Source: Bacteroidia bacterium (GTDB lineage Bacteria; Bacteroidota; Bacteroidia; M30B66). Taken from it: a DNA stretch of 64,000 nt. The position numbers and the translations under genes were made by a program. Location of the stretch: contig OZ257142.1 of NCBI GenBank assembly GCA_965279035.1, positions 2,272,001 through 2,336,000 of the forward strand, in the 5' to 3' direction. Positions 55,761 through 64,000 of the stretch are shown here, piece after piece. How positions within the stretch are numbered: the stretch's first letter is position 1; each line of letters opens with the position of its first letter. The notes beneath the pieces were generated by a model. It saw nothing but the letters and a program-made list of their open reading frames with translations, was not told the DNA's origin and ran no database searches.

Positions 55761-57017
55761 ATGAATAAGCCTTTAAGTAAGAATAAGCTGCTGAGTTTAT
55801 GGAAAAAAATGGGTCCAGGTTTAATCACAGGAGCCAGTGATGATGATCCGTCAGGTATTGCAACATATTCTCAAGCTGGAGCTCTGTTTGGTTTAAAATT
55901 ACTTTGGACGGCAATAGTAACTTATCCATTAATGGTTGCTATTCAAGAAATGTGTGCTCGAATTGGATTGGTTACAAAGCATGGCTTAACAGGTACAATT
56001 AAACGTTATTACCCGAAATACATTTTATTTGTTATACTCTTTGTAAGTTTTCCTTCTATCACACTTAATATAGGGGCTGATATTGCAGGAATGGGAGCTG
56101 TTGCCAACTTGTTAATTCCAGTCGTACCCTCTTTTGTTTTCTCAATTGTATTTACAGTCATATTGATTTATGGAATAATATTTTGGAATTATCGTAAAAT
56201 ATCAAACATATTAAAATGGTTATGTTTGACTTTATTCAGTTATGTAATTATTCCATTTATTGGAAATACCGACTGGTTACTCGTTTTAAAAAGTACGTTT
56301 ATTCCATCTTTCGAAAATTCTACTGCCTATTATATGGCTTTGGTTGGAATTTTAGGAACGACCGTTTCGCCCTATCTCTTTTTTTGGCAAGCATCAATGG
56401 AAGTTGAAGAGACTCAACAACGACATTTGATTGTTGGTAAACGAATTATTTCGGACATGGAAACCGATGTACGTGGTGGATTAATTTTAACCAACGTTGT
56501 ATTCTTCTTTATCATTCTAACAACAGGAACTGTTTTATTTAATGCTGGCACACATCAAATTAATTCTGTTCAAGAAGCTGCTCAAGCATTAAAACCTTTG
56601 GCAGGAAATCTTGCATATTTTCTTTTTGCATTGGGTGTTTTAGGAACTGGTTTTTTAGCAATTCCTGTCCTTGCTGGTTCTCTCAGTTATATGATGGCTG
56701 AAACGTTTAATTGGAATGAAGGATTGGATAAAAATTTCCATGAAGCAAAAGGATTTTATATTACCATTATTGTATCCTTGATTATCGGTTTAGCCATTCA
56801 TTTTTTAGGTTGGAATCCAATTGTCGCTTTAATTTATGCAGCAGTTTTATATGGATTAACTGCGCCATTGCTCATTTTATTAATTCTACATATTTGTAAT
56901 AACAAACAAATTATGGGGAAATATGTCAATTCGTTTTGGTCAAATCTTTTTGGAATCATAGCATTTCTTGTCATGAGTTTTGCTGCTTTTATGTTGATAT
57001 ATCTGCATTTCATATGA
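55761..57017 (+). CDS. NRAMP-like divalent metal cation transporter
   Basis: GPGLITGASDDDPSGIATYSQAG, QEM.ARIG, GTTVSPY; about 11 TM helices. Confidence 0.85.
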   Translation: MNKPLSKNKLLSLWKKMGPGLITGASDDDPSGIATYSQAGALFGLKLLWTAIVTYPLMVAIQEMCARIGLVTKHGLTGTIKRYYPKYILFVILFVSFPSITLNIGADIAGMGAVANLLIPVVPSFVFSIVFTVILIYGIIFWNYRKISNILKWLCLTLFSYVIIPFIGNTDWLLVLKSTFIPSFENSTAYYMALVGILGTTVSPYLFFWQASMEVEETQQRHLIVGKRIISDMETDVRGGLILTNVVFFFIILTTGTVLFNAGTHQINSVQEAAQALKPLAGNLAYFLFALGVLGTGFLAIPVLAGSLSYMMAETFNWNEGLDKNFHEAKGFYITIIVSLIIGLAIHFLGWNPIVALIYAAVLYGLTAPLLILLILHICNNKQIMGKYVNSFWSNLFGIIAFLVMSFAAFMLIYLHFI

Positions 57018-57162
57018 TTTATTCAATTAATTCTAATCAGTTGAATAATTCAATTTAAACTAATTAATCATTATCCTTCATTGAATTATCCTCAATAAGC
57101 TAGTCAGTTGATGCCAATGCTTCATGACTTTCTTTTAGATTCAAATTTACATCTGGAAAAAT

Positions 57163-59115
57163 TCAACTACGAATCATGCGAAAAACTTTCTTCATTCCAG
57201 CTCCCTGAACCACCATCAAATAAGTACCAGCCGCAACCGACGATAAATTAAACTGCTGCTCATATTCACCACCATCTAATCGTATATCTTGCGCATATAA
57301 CAAACAACCAGTACTACTATAAATACGAATCGAAATATCGCCACTAAAAGCCTTCACCCGAAACTGAAATGGTCCATTGGTTGGATTAGGAAATACGCCG
57401 CATTCCGGTATTAACTGCCCACCTCGTCCATAGCCTTGATTATTTGTAATTGACGTGGTAGCATGCGTATCAACTACAGCAAAAAGTGAATCAGCAATAT
57501 GTGAGTTTGTGTTCGTCACTTCAGTTAAATCACTCACTGAATTCCCTCCCCCTTTTACAAAAGCCAATATGCTTTCTCGTGTTGGAAGTTGCTTGCTAAT
57601 TAATGGTTTTAATAACATTTCCTCCGAACAAGCTTCAACCAATAATTCCTCATTTTCTTTTCGCTTTTCGGTTATATTCATGGATACGATCAGCGAATTC
57701 CTTCCGTCGTTGCTGCTTTTTATGGTTTTTTCCTTTCCTTGAATATTGACTAAAATATCATGAAATGAAAAAAAGCTCATCACCAATTGCTTTTTATTTC
57801 GAGCAATATGAGTAGAGCTCACCCAACCAGTTTTAGCGAAAATAGGTAACCATAAGGTATCTAAATTACCACGCTCATCCCAAATTCCGGCTAGTGCATT
57901 GTTGTTAATTGGCCATCCTCCAACTGTAATTTCCTTTCCATCAGCTTTTGCATATCGTATCGTATCCCAAAAAGTTCCGGCTATTAATTGTCGCCCATCT
58001 TCTAATAATTTAAAGTCATTCGGATGCGGAGTTGCCAAATAAAAATTTTCGTTGTGCCCATGTAAATCAAGTAACTGACCATCTTTATCCATGGAAAAAA
58101 TCACAAATCCTTGCCCTTCTTTCGTTTTATATTCGCTTGAACTAGCAGTTATTCCAGATTCTTTCACAATAAATTCTCGGTAAAATCCACCCGCTCCAAA
58201 TACATTTCCTTTTTCATCAATATCAAACCCACCAAGCATTTGAGAAGAAAATCCACCCATTTGTTTCTTCCAACGTGGTGTTCCATCTTGATTCCACTTT
58301 ATAAAATATATATCTCGTTCGTCTTCAGGTTTGCTAGTAAGCATACTATCATTTTCATCGATGATCATACCCTTGCAAAATACACTACTCATCACGGGCA
58401 ATTCATCGCCACCAACTCGTACTAATGGTTTTAAAGTGAAATTGTAATCCATTAATCGATGCTTCATGTATTTCTCCCATTTTAATTCACCTTGATTGGA
58501 ATATTTATGCAGAAACTCAACGAAAGGACCTTTGGTTGATGGAAGATGTAAATCTGGTGCACTCGAGCTATAATGATAAAATCCCGCTACATAAAAATTC
58601 CCTAAACGATCGGCTGCGATACTGCTAAATGAGCCATACAACATGGACATATTCTTTTTCCAAACAAGGTTCCCTTCAGGAGTATAAACAGCCATAAAAA
58701 CTCCTGGAGAAGAGGTTTTACTGCCCTTCGAAACTGAAGGGATTTTCATTTCCATATCGTGTCTTCCTGAAATGAGAATATTTCCGTCCGATAAAACTTG
58801 AACCGCATCCATGTGTGTATAGTGCTTTCCCATAAAAGGCAGCACCCATTGGGTTTTACCATCCTTCGATAATTTCAGAAAAAAGCCAGCATGATCATAA
58901 TTTTCATTTTTCACTTCTGCGTGATCGGGTAACTTAAGCTTAGAATAAAAATCTCCTAAGACATAGATATTTCCATCATCATCAACCGACATATCCAAAA
59001 CATCCGCAGTAGAAATCCCTTCTAAATAATACGACCAGTTGTTTATGATTTGTGCTGACGAATTCGAAATACATACACCCAAAACAAACAGTAAGAAGAA
59101 AATGTGCTTTGCCAT
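57163..59115 (-). CDS. Beta-propeller (SBBP-like) protein with T9SS type A sorting domain
   Basis: Repeated D..GNIY..G.F / F..K....G...W motifs; C-terminal VFPNPT.G...IYS..G...L..VA.G.Y. Confidence 0.82.
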   Translation of the reverse strand: MAKHIFFLLFVLGVCISNSSAQIINNWSYYLEGISTADVLDMSVDDDGNIYVLGDFYSKLKLPDHAEVKNENYDHAGFFLKLSKDGKTQWVLPFMGKHYTHMDAVQVLSDGNILISGRHDMEMKIPSVSKGSKTSSPGVFMAVYTPEGNLVWKKNMSMLYGSFSSIAADRLGNFYVAGFYHYSSSAPDLHLPSTKGPFVEFLHKYSNQGELKWEKYMKHRLMDYNFTLKPLVRVGGDELPVMSSVFCKGMIIDENDSMLTSKPEDERDIYFIKWNQDGTPRWKKQMGGFSSQMLGGFDIDEKGNVFGAGGFYREFIVKESGITASSSEYKTKEGQGFVIFSMDKDGQLLDLHGHNENFYLATPHPNDFKLLEDGRQLIAGTFWDTIRYAKADGKEITVGGWPINNNALAGIWDERGNLDTLWLPIFAKTGWVSSTHIARNKKQLVMSFFSFHDILVNIQGKEKTIKSSNDGRNSLIVSMNITEKRKENEELLVEACSEEMLLKPLISKQLPTRESILAFVKGGGNSVSDLTEVTNTNSHIADSLFAVVDTHATTSITNNQGYGRGGQLIPECGVFPNPTNGPFQFRVKAFSGDISIRIYSSTGCLLYAQDIRLDGGEYEQQFNLSSVAAGTYLMVVQGAGMKKVFRMIRS

Positions 59116-59271
59116 TCTAAAGAATTAAAAGTTCAACAGCCAAAAATATTGGTCGGCAAACGCTTAGTCGATTACTAGAAATAAGTTCATCAAATTATAA
59201 TAAATTATTGACTGAATTGGGATACACAAAACAATTTCATGAAATGCACAAAGGCTTACTACCTTCGTGGC

Positions 59272-60591
59272 ATGGCAATAAAACCCACTATTGGATTGAT
59301 TCTACAGAATTTGTCCATTCCGAAACTGAACACCATGCAGGAAACTGTCTTGGCGGGAATCGAAACAAGACGCAATCTATTGGTTCTTTCCCCAACGGGT
59401 TCAGGTAAGACATTGGTATTTCTTCTTCAAGTACTTCAAGAATTAGATGAAAATAAAGAAGGAATTCAGGCGCTAATCATTGCACCAGCTCGTGAATTGG
59501 TATTGCAAATTGAAGCTGTTTTTAAATCCATGAAAACAGGTTTTAAAGTATCTGTTTGCTATGGTGGACATCATTCCCGAACCGAACAAAATCGTCTAGA
59601 AGAATCTCCAGCATTGGTTATCGGAACACCTGGGCGACTTTCTGATCACATCCAAAAAGGAGTAATCGATGCGGCTACAATCAGAATGGTTGTTTTGGAC
59701 GAATTCGATAAATCCTTGCAGATGGGCTTCCATTCACAACTGGAAATCATATTTAGAGCCTTAAATGGCAAACAAAAACATTTTCTAACCTCGGCAACCC
59801 GATTAGAAGAAATTCCCTCGTTCATTCCCTTTAAACAGGTCGAAACATTTGATTTTCTAGTAAAACAATCCGAAACCAAATTAAAACTACAACTCGTTCG
59901 CACAGCACCCGAAGAGAAAGCAGAAACAGTGTTGAAATTGGTGGCTGGATTTGGGCAGGAAATTAGTTTGGTATTTTGTAATCACCGTGAAGCGGTAGAA
60001 CGTATCAGTGCACATTTTCGTGAAAAGGGTTTTGCTCATGGTATCTTCCATGGTGCAATGGAACAAATTGATCGGGAACGAAATCTCATCAAATTCCGAT
60101 CTGGCGCCTGTCATGTGCTAATTGCAACCGACCTTGCAGCTCGTGGATTAGATATTCCAGAAATTCGACATGTAGTACATTATCAATTGCCTATTCATGA
60201 AGATGCTTTTATCCACCGAAATGGTCGCACTGCACGCATGCACGCTGATGGAAAAGCGTATTTGATATTGGCTGATGATGAAGAAATGCCTCTTTATTTT
60301 AAGGAGAAAATTCCTGAGATAAAACTCCCTGAAACGTATCGTTTACCGGAAGTCCCAGCGATGGAATGTGTGTATTTTTCGGCCGGAAAAAAAGATAAAA
60401 TTAGCAAGGGAGATATTGTTGGTTTATTAATGAAAAAAGGAGGATTGCAAAACGATGAATTAGGCTTAATTACCATAACCGATACAGCTTCTTTTGTAGC
60501 AGTTAAGCGTAATAAAGTCAAATCGCTTATTAAAAATCTACAAGGTGAGAAACTTAAAAAAGCAAAAGTAAAATGTGATGTAGCAAGATGA
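59272..60591 (+). CDS. dbpA: DEAD-box RNA helicase with DbpA-type RNA-binding domain
   Basis: SPTGSGKT, PAREL, GTPGR, DEFD, SAT, ARGLD, HRNGRTAR, C-terminal GKKDKISKGDIVG; likely start ATG 59272. Confidence 0.85.
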   Translation: MAIKPTIGLILQNLSIPKLNTMQETVLAGIETRRNLLVLSPTGSGKTLVFLLQVLQELDENKEGIQALIIAPARELVLQIEAVFKSMKTGFKVSVCYGGHHSRTEQNRLEESPALVIGTPGRLSDHIQKGVIDAATIRMVVLDEFDKSLQMGFHSQLEIIFRALNGKQKHFLTSATRLEEIPSFIPFKQVETFDFLVKQSETKLKLQLVRTAPEEKAETVLKLVAGFGQEISLVFCNHREAVERISAHFREKGFAHGIFHGAMEQIDRERNLIKFRSGACHVLIATDLAARGLDIPEIRHVVHYQLPIHEDAFIHRNGRTARMHADGKAYLILADDEEMPLYFKEKIPEIKLPETYRLPEVPAMECVYFSAGKKDKISKGDIVGLLMKKGGLQNDELGLITITDTASFVAVKRNKVKSLIKNLQGEKLKKAKVKCDVAR

Positions 60592-61511
60592 AATTAAAGC
60601 CTTTATTCTTTCTATTTATTTTATTTTCTCAAGTAGTATTTGCAGAGGATACTTTACCCATTCCTAGCAGTGGAACGATAAAAAGAATCCAGCTAACCTC
60701 TAAATTTATAGGTAAACGAACAGTTGATGTTTGGCTTCCCGAATACTATTCAGCTGCAAAAAAATACACTGTCTTATATATGCAGGATGGACAAATGCTA
60801 TTTGATTCGTCTCATACCTGGAATAAATTAGAATGGGGTGTGGATGAAACACTCACACGATTGATTAATCAGAATAAAATTCAAGCATGTATTGTTGTTG
60901 GAGTTTGGAATGCAGGTAAGAAAAGACGTACAGAGTATTTCCCAGCAATTCCATTTGATATGCTTAGTCCAAAAGAAAAAGCACTCATTACCTTTCCTGA
61001 TTCGGCATATGACTCACAGAGAATAGAAGTTTCAGGTCCACAATCGGAAAATTATCTGAAGTTCTTGGTTGATGAATTAAAGCCTTATATCGATTCGACT
61101 TTCTCTACCAATCCAGATCGACAACATACCTGTATTGCAGGATCAAGTATGGGCGGATTAATTTCACTTTATGCCATTTGTGAATACCCAAGTGTTTTCG
61201 GTGCAGCAGCATGTATGTCGACACACTGGCCTGGAGTAAATATTGGTGATATTAATCCGGTCCCGAATGTCATTCTTCGCTATTTGAAAGTACATATCCC
61301 AAGTCCACAAACACACCGAATTTATTTCGATTATGGTTCTTTGACTCGGGATGCCGAATACAAACCCTTTCAACTGATTGCGGATCAATTGATGATAAGA
61401 AAGGGATATACCAATTTAAATTGGACAACGAAAGAGTTTATTGGAGATAGTCACAGTGAACTATCTTGGAGTAAACGTTTATCAATTCCCTTGGAGTTTT
61501 TGCTGAAGTAA
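60588..61511 (+). CDS. Alpha/beta hydrolase (putative esterase family), secreted
   Basis: VLYMQDGQ.LF, GSSMGG nucleophile, H.E.SW. Confidence 0.88.
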   Translation: MKLKPLFFLFILFSQVVFAEDTLPIPSSGTIKRIQLTSKFIGKRTVDVWLPEYYSAAKKYTVLYMQDGQMLFDSSHTWNKLEWGVDETLTRLINQNKIQACIVVGVWNAGKKRRTEYFPAIPFDMLSPKEKALITFPDSAYDSQRIEVSGPQSENYLKFLVDELKPYIDSTFSTNPDRQHTCIAGSSMGGLISLYAICEYPSVFGAAACMSTHWPGVNIGDINPVPNVILRYLKVHIPSPQTHRIYFDYGSLTRDAEYKPFQLIADQLMIRKGYTNLNWTTKEFIGDSHSELSWSKRLSIPLEFLLK

Positions 61512-61593
61512 TAAGTTCACTATTAATATTTGGGTTCATTCCTGTTTTTCGTCCGAATAGAAATTCCTACATTCGGAAATTCAGTACCTACTC

Positions 61594-62781
61594 ATGACCC
61601 AAACCATAACCCGAAACCGAATTCAATCCATCGATTTATTGCGAGGCATTGTGATGATTCTCATGGCGCTCGATCATGTTCGAGATTATTTCCATCACGA
61701 TTCGTTTTATTTCGATCCTACAAACCTCGAAACCACAACAGTACCATTATTCCTCACTCGCTTTATAACCCATTTTTGTGCGCCAGTATTTATATTCTTA
61801 GCTGGTACATCCGCATTTTTCGTTGGTAATCGCATGAAAACTAAAATGGAGCTTTCTGCTTGGCTAATTAAACGAGGTTTCTGGCTCATTTTCTTGGAAT
61901 TTACAGTAGTCAAATTTGGTTGGTATTTCACCTTGCATTTCGATAACCTCGACCTAATCGTGATATGGGCAATTGGTGCTTCTATGATATGCTTAGCTGC
62001 TGCCATTCACCTCAAACCTATTTACATGCTTGCATTAAGTCTACTATTGGTATTTGGACATAATGCCTTGGACTTTTACACACCTCCTCCAGATTCTTTT
62101 ATCCATATTTTGTGGAATATCCTTCATGTTCAAGGACCTTTTCAATTAGGTTCTATTCATGTGTTTATCGTTTATCCACTTATTCCATGGATTGCCTTAA
62201 TGATGCTCGGTTATTTACTCGGAAATTGGTATACAAGCGAATTCAACCCAAGTAAGCGTAAAAACAAACTTCGAATTACGGGTTTAAGTTGCTTGTTATT
62301 ATTCGTATTTCTTCGACTATTTAATCTTTATGGAGAACCGGTTGATTGGTCTATTCAACCACAAATTTCACATAGTATATTGTCCTTTATTAATGTGAGT
62401 AAATATCCACCATCACTCGATTATGTGCTCATTACATTAGGTATTTCACTCCTGTTTTTAAGTGTGGCAGAAAATAGTCAATCTGCTATTTCGAAACCCA
62501 TAATCGTAATAGGACGTGTCCCTATGTTTTATTACATTTTGCATATTTACCTTATTCACGGATTATCGCTTTTAGCGGCTTATGCAACAGGATACGACCC
62601 TACACTTCTAATTTCAGATCAATTTATTTCGATGATTCCAAAATTAAAAGGCTTTGGTTTTAGTTTACCCCAAACGTATTTGATATGGATATTGATTGTT
62701 CTCTGTCTATATCCACTTTGCCATTGGTACAACAACTTTAAAAATAGAAATCGCCAATATTGGTGGTTAAGTTATTTGTAA
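61594..62781 (+). CDS. DUF1624/HGSNAT-like membrane acyltransferase
   Basis: RI.SID.LRG..M..MALDH, THFCAP.F.FLAG, KYPPSL, FYYILH. Confidence 0.85.
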   Translation: MTQTITRNRIQSIDLLRGIVMILMALDHVRDYFHHDSFYFDPTNLETTTVPLFLTRFITHFCAPVFIFLAGTSAFFVGNRMKTKMELSAWLIKRGFWLIFLEFTVVKFGWYFTLHFDNLDLIVIWAIGASMICLAAAIHLKPIYMLALSLLLVFGHNALDFYTPPPDSFIHILWNILHVQGPFQLGSIHVFIVYPLIPWIALMMLGYLLGNWYTSEFNPSKRKNKLRITGLSCLLLFVFLRLFNLYGEPVDWSIQPQISHSILSFINVSKYPPSLDYVLITLGISLLFLSVAENSQSAISKPIIVIGRVPMFYYILHIYLIHGLSLLAAYATGYDPTLLISDQFISMIPKLKGFGFSLPQTYLIWILIVLCLYPLCHWYNNFKNRNRQYWWLSYL

Positions 62782-62810
62782 TATTTTTTCTTATAACCTG
62801 ATTTAATGAT

Positions 62811-64000
62811 ATGAAATTTCATCTCCTTTTTCTACTTCTTATTTTGAGTTTCACAACTGTATTTGCTCAGCAAAACAAGCAAACAGTGAGCGGTCGAATC
62901 GTTGATAAAGAATCAAACAGTCCATTACCAGGTGCAATAATTCGTTGGACAAAAGACGTAGATAATACGCACGCAACTTCAAGTGATGGTAATGGCTATT
63001 TCAAATTACTGGGAATTCCTTTAGGAAGACAAGATTTTGAAGTTCGGATGATTGGTTATACAACGATTACCATTCCGGATGTAATTGTCACCGCAGGGAA
63101 AGTGGTGATATTAAACATTCAATTAGAAGAATCATTTCAGCAGATCAAAGAAGTTGAAATTACAGCTTCGGATAAATCGGGAACAATCAACGAAATGACT
63201 ATTTTAAGTTCAAGACAATTTCGTGTGGAAGAAACGGAACGTTATCCCGGTTCTCGTCAAGATCCTGCGCGGATGGCTTCGAATTTTGCCGGTGTTCAAG
63301 GCACCAACGATACACGTAACGATATTGTTATTCGGGGAAATTCACCAGCATCAACACTTTGGAGGCTCGAAGACATCGATATTCCTAATCCCAATCACTT
63401 TGCTGTTCCAGGCTCAATGGGTGGACCGGTTTCAATCATCAACAATAAATATTTGGGAAATTCCGATTTCTTAACGGGTGCTTTTCCGGCGATGTATGGA
63501 AATGTGAATGGTGGAGTATTCGATTTAAAGATGCGAAATGGAAATCAGGAACGTTTCGAAAATACCTTTCAATTTGGAGTTTTAGGAACAGAATTAACTT
63601 CCGAAGGCCCAATCAATAAAGCGAGTCGTTCGAGTTATATAATTACGTATCGTTATTCTACACTCAATTTACTTCAAGGCTTGAACTTAAAAATTGGAAC
63701 TGATGCAGTTCCCAAATATCAGGATTTAGGTTTCAGAATTAATATGCCCACTAAAAAAGCAGGGACTTTTTCTATCTGGGGAATAGGAGGGAAGAGCAAT
63801 ATCGATATTGTAGTGAGTGATAAACCATTTGAGGATATTCAGAAAAATGAATCGTATGGTGATAAAAATCGTGATCAGTATTTTCGGACTAATATGGGTG
63901 TTGCTGCTTTAAGTCATGTGATTGGTTTGAATAAAAATACCTGGATGAAAACGTCCATTGCAGCCTCTTTGCAAACAGTAAATGCCAACCACAATTTAAT
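62811..64000 (+). CDS. TonB-dependent receptor with carboxypeptidase-like N-domain (3' end outside window)
   Basis: Not in the ORF track because it has no stop. Manual translation: MKFHLLFLLL..QTVSGRIVDKES.SPLPGA...EETERYPGSRQDPARMASNFAGV..RNDIVIRGNSP..NPNHF (plug domain). Confidence 0.9.
   Translation, partial: MKFHLLFLLLILSFTTVFAQQNKQTVSGRIVDKESNSPLPGAIIRWTKDVDNTHATSSDGNGYFKLLGIPLGRQDFEVRMIGYTTITIPDVIVTAGKVVILNIQLEESFQQIKEVEITASDKSGTINEMTILSSRQFRVEETERYPGSRQDPARMASNFAGVQGTNDTRNDIVIRGNSPASTLWRLEDIDIPNPNHFAVPGSMGGPVSIINNKYLGNSDFLTGAFPAMYGNVNGGVFDLKMRNGNQERFENTFQFGVLGTELTSEGPINKASRSSYIITYRYSTLNLLQGLNLKIGTDAVPKYQDLGFRINMPTKKAGTFSIWGIGGKSNIDIVVSDKPFEDIQKNESYGDKNRDQYFRTNMGVAALSHVIGLNKNTWMKTSIAASLQTVNANHNL

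Noticed and set aside
59695-59712. DEFD instead of DEAD in the helicase
   Set aside because: A common DExD variant in Bacteroidota DbpA-like helicases; all other motifs are intact.
63223-63474. 83-aa ORF near the window end
   Set aside because: Out-of-frame overlap inside the TonB-dependent receptor that starts at 62811.

Overview
AT-rich (roughly 35% GC by eye) chromosomal segment of a Bacteroidota genome, judged from TAnnTTTG -7 promoter boxes, few Shine-Dalgarno motifs, T9SS cargo and a TonB-dependent receptor. It is mostly core and housekeeping content: pbpC (5'-truncated), tRNA-Leu, tig, parC, tRNA-Ser, lpxB, lysC, pyrC, ltaE and a DbpA-like helicase. Accessory loci include a lipoprotein class D beta-lactamase, a low-GC CheB/CheR hybrid kinase, a four-gene porin-Rieske-imelysin-diheme operon behind a Fur-like palindrome, and a sigma54-type two-component system with an ABC exporter. 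No integrase, transposase, phage gene or CRISPR array is visible. The most notable items are: a 331-aa coiled-coil + multi-AT-hook + histone-H1-like protein; the putative iron redox/uptake operon; two composite Flavo-1-like elements carrying the same palindromic modules in permuted order; a decayed tandem copy of tRNA-Ser with its terminator; and several candidate leaderless transcripts. All family assignments come from motif recognition, not database searches.
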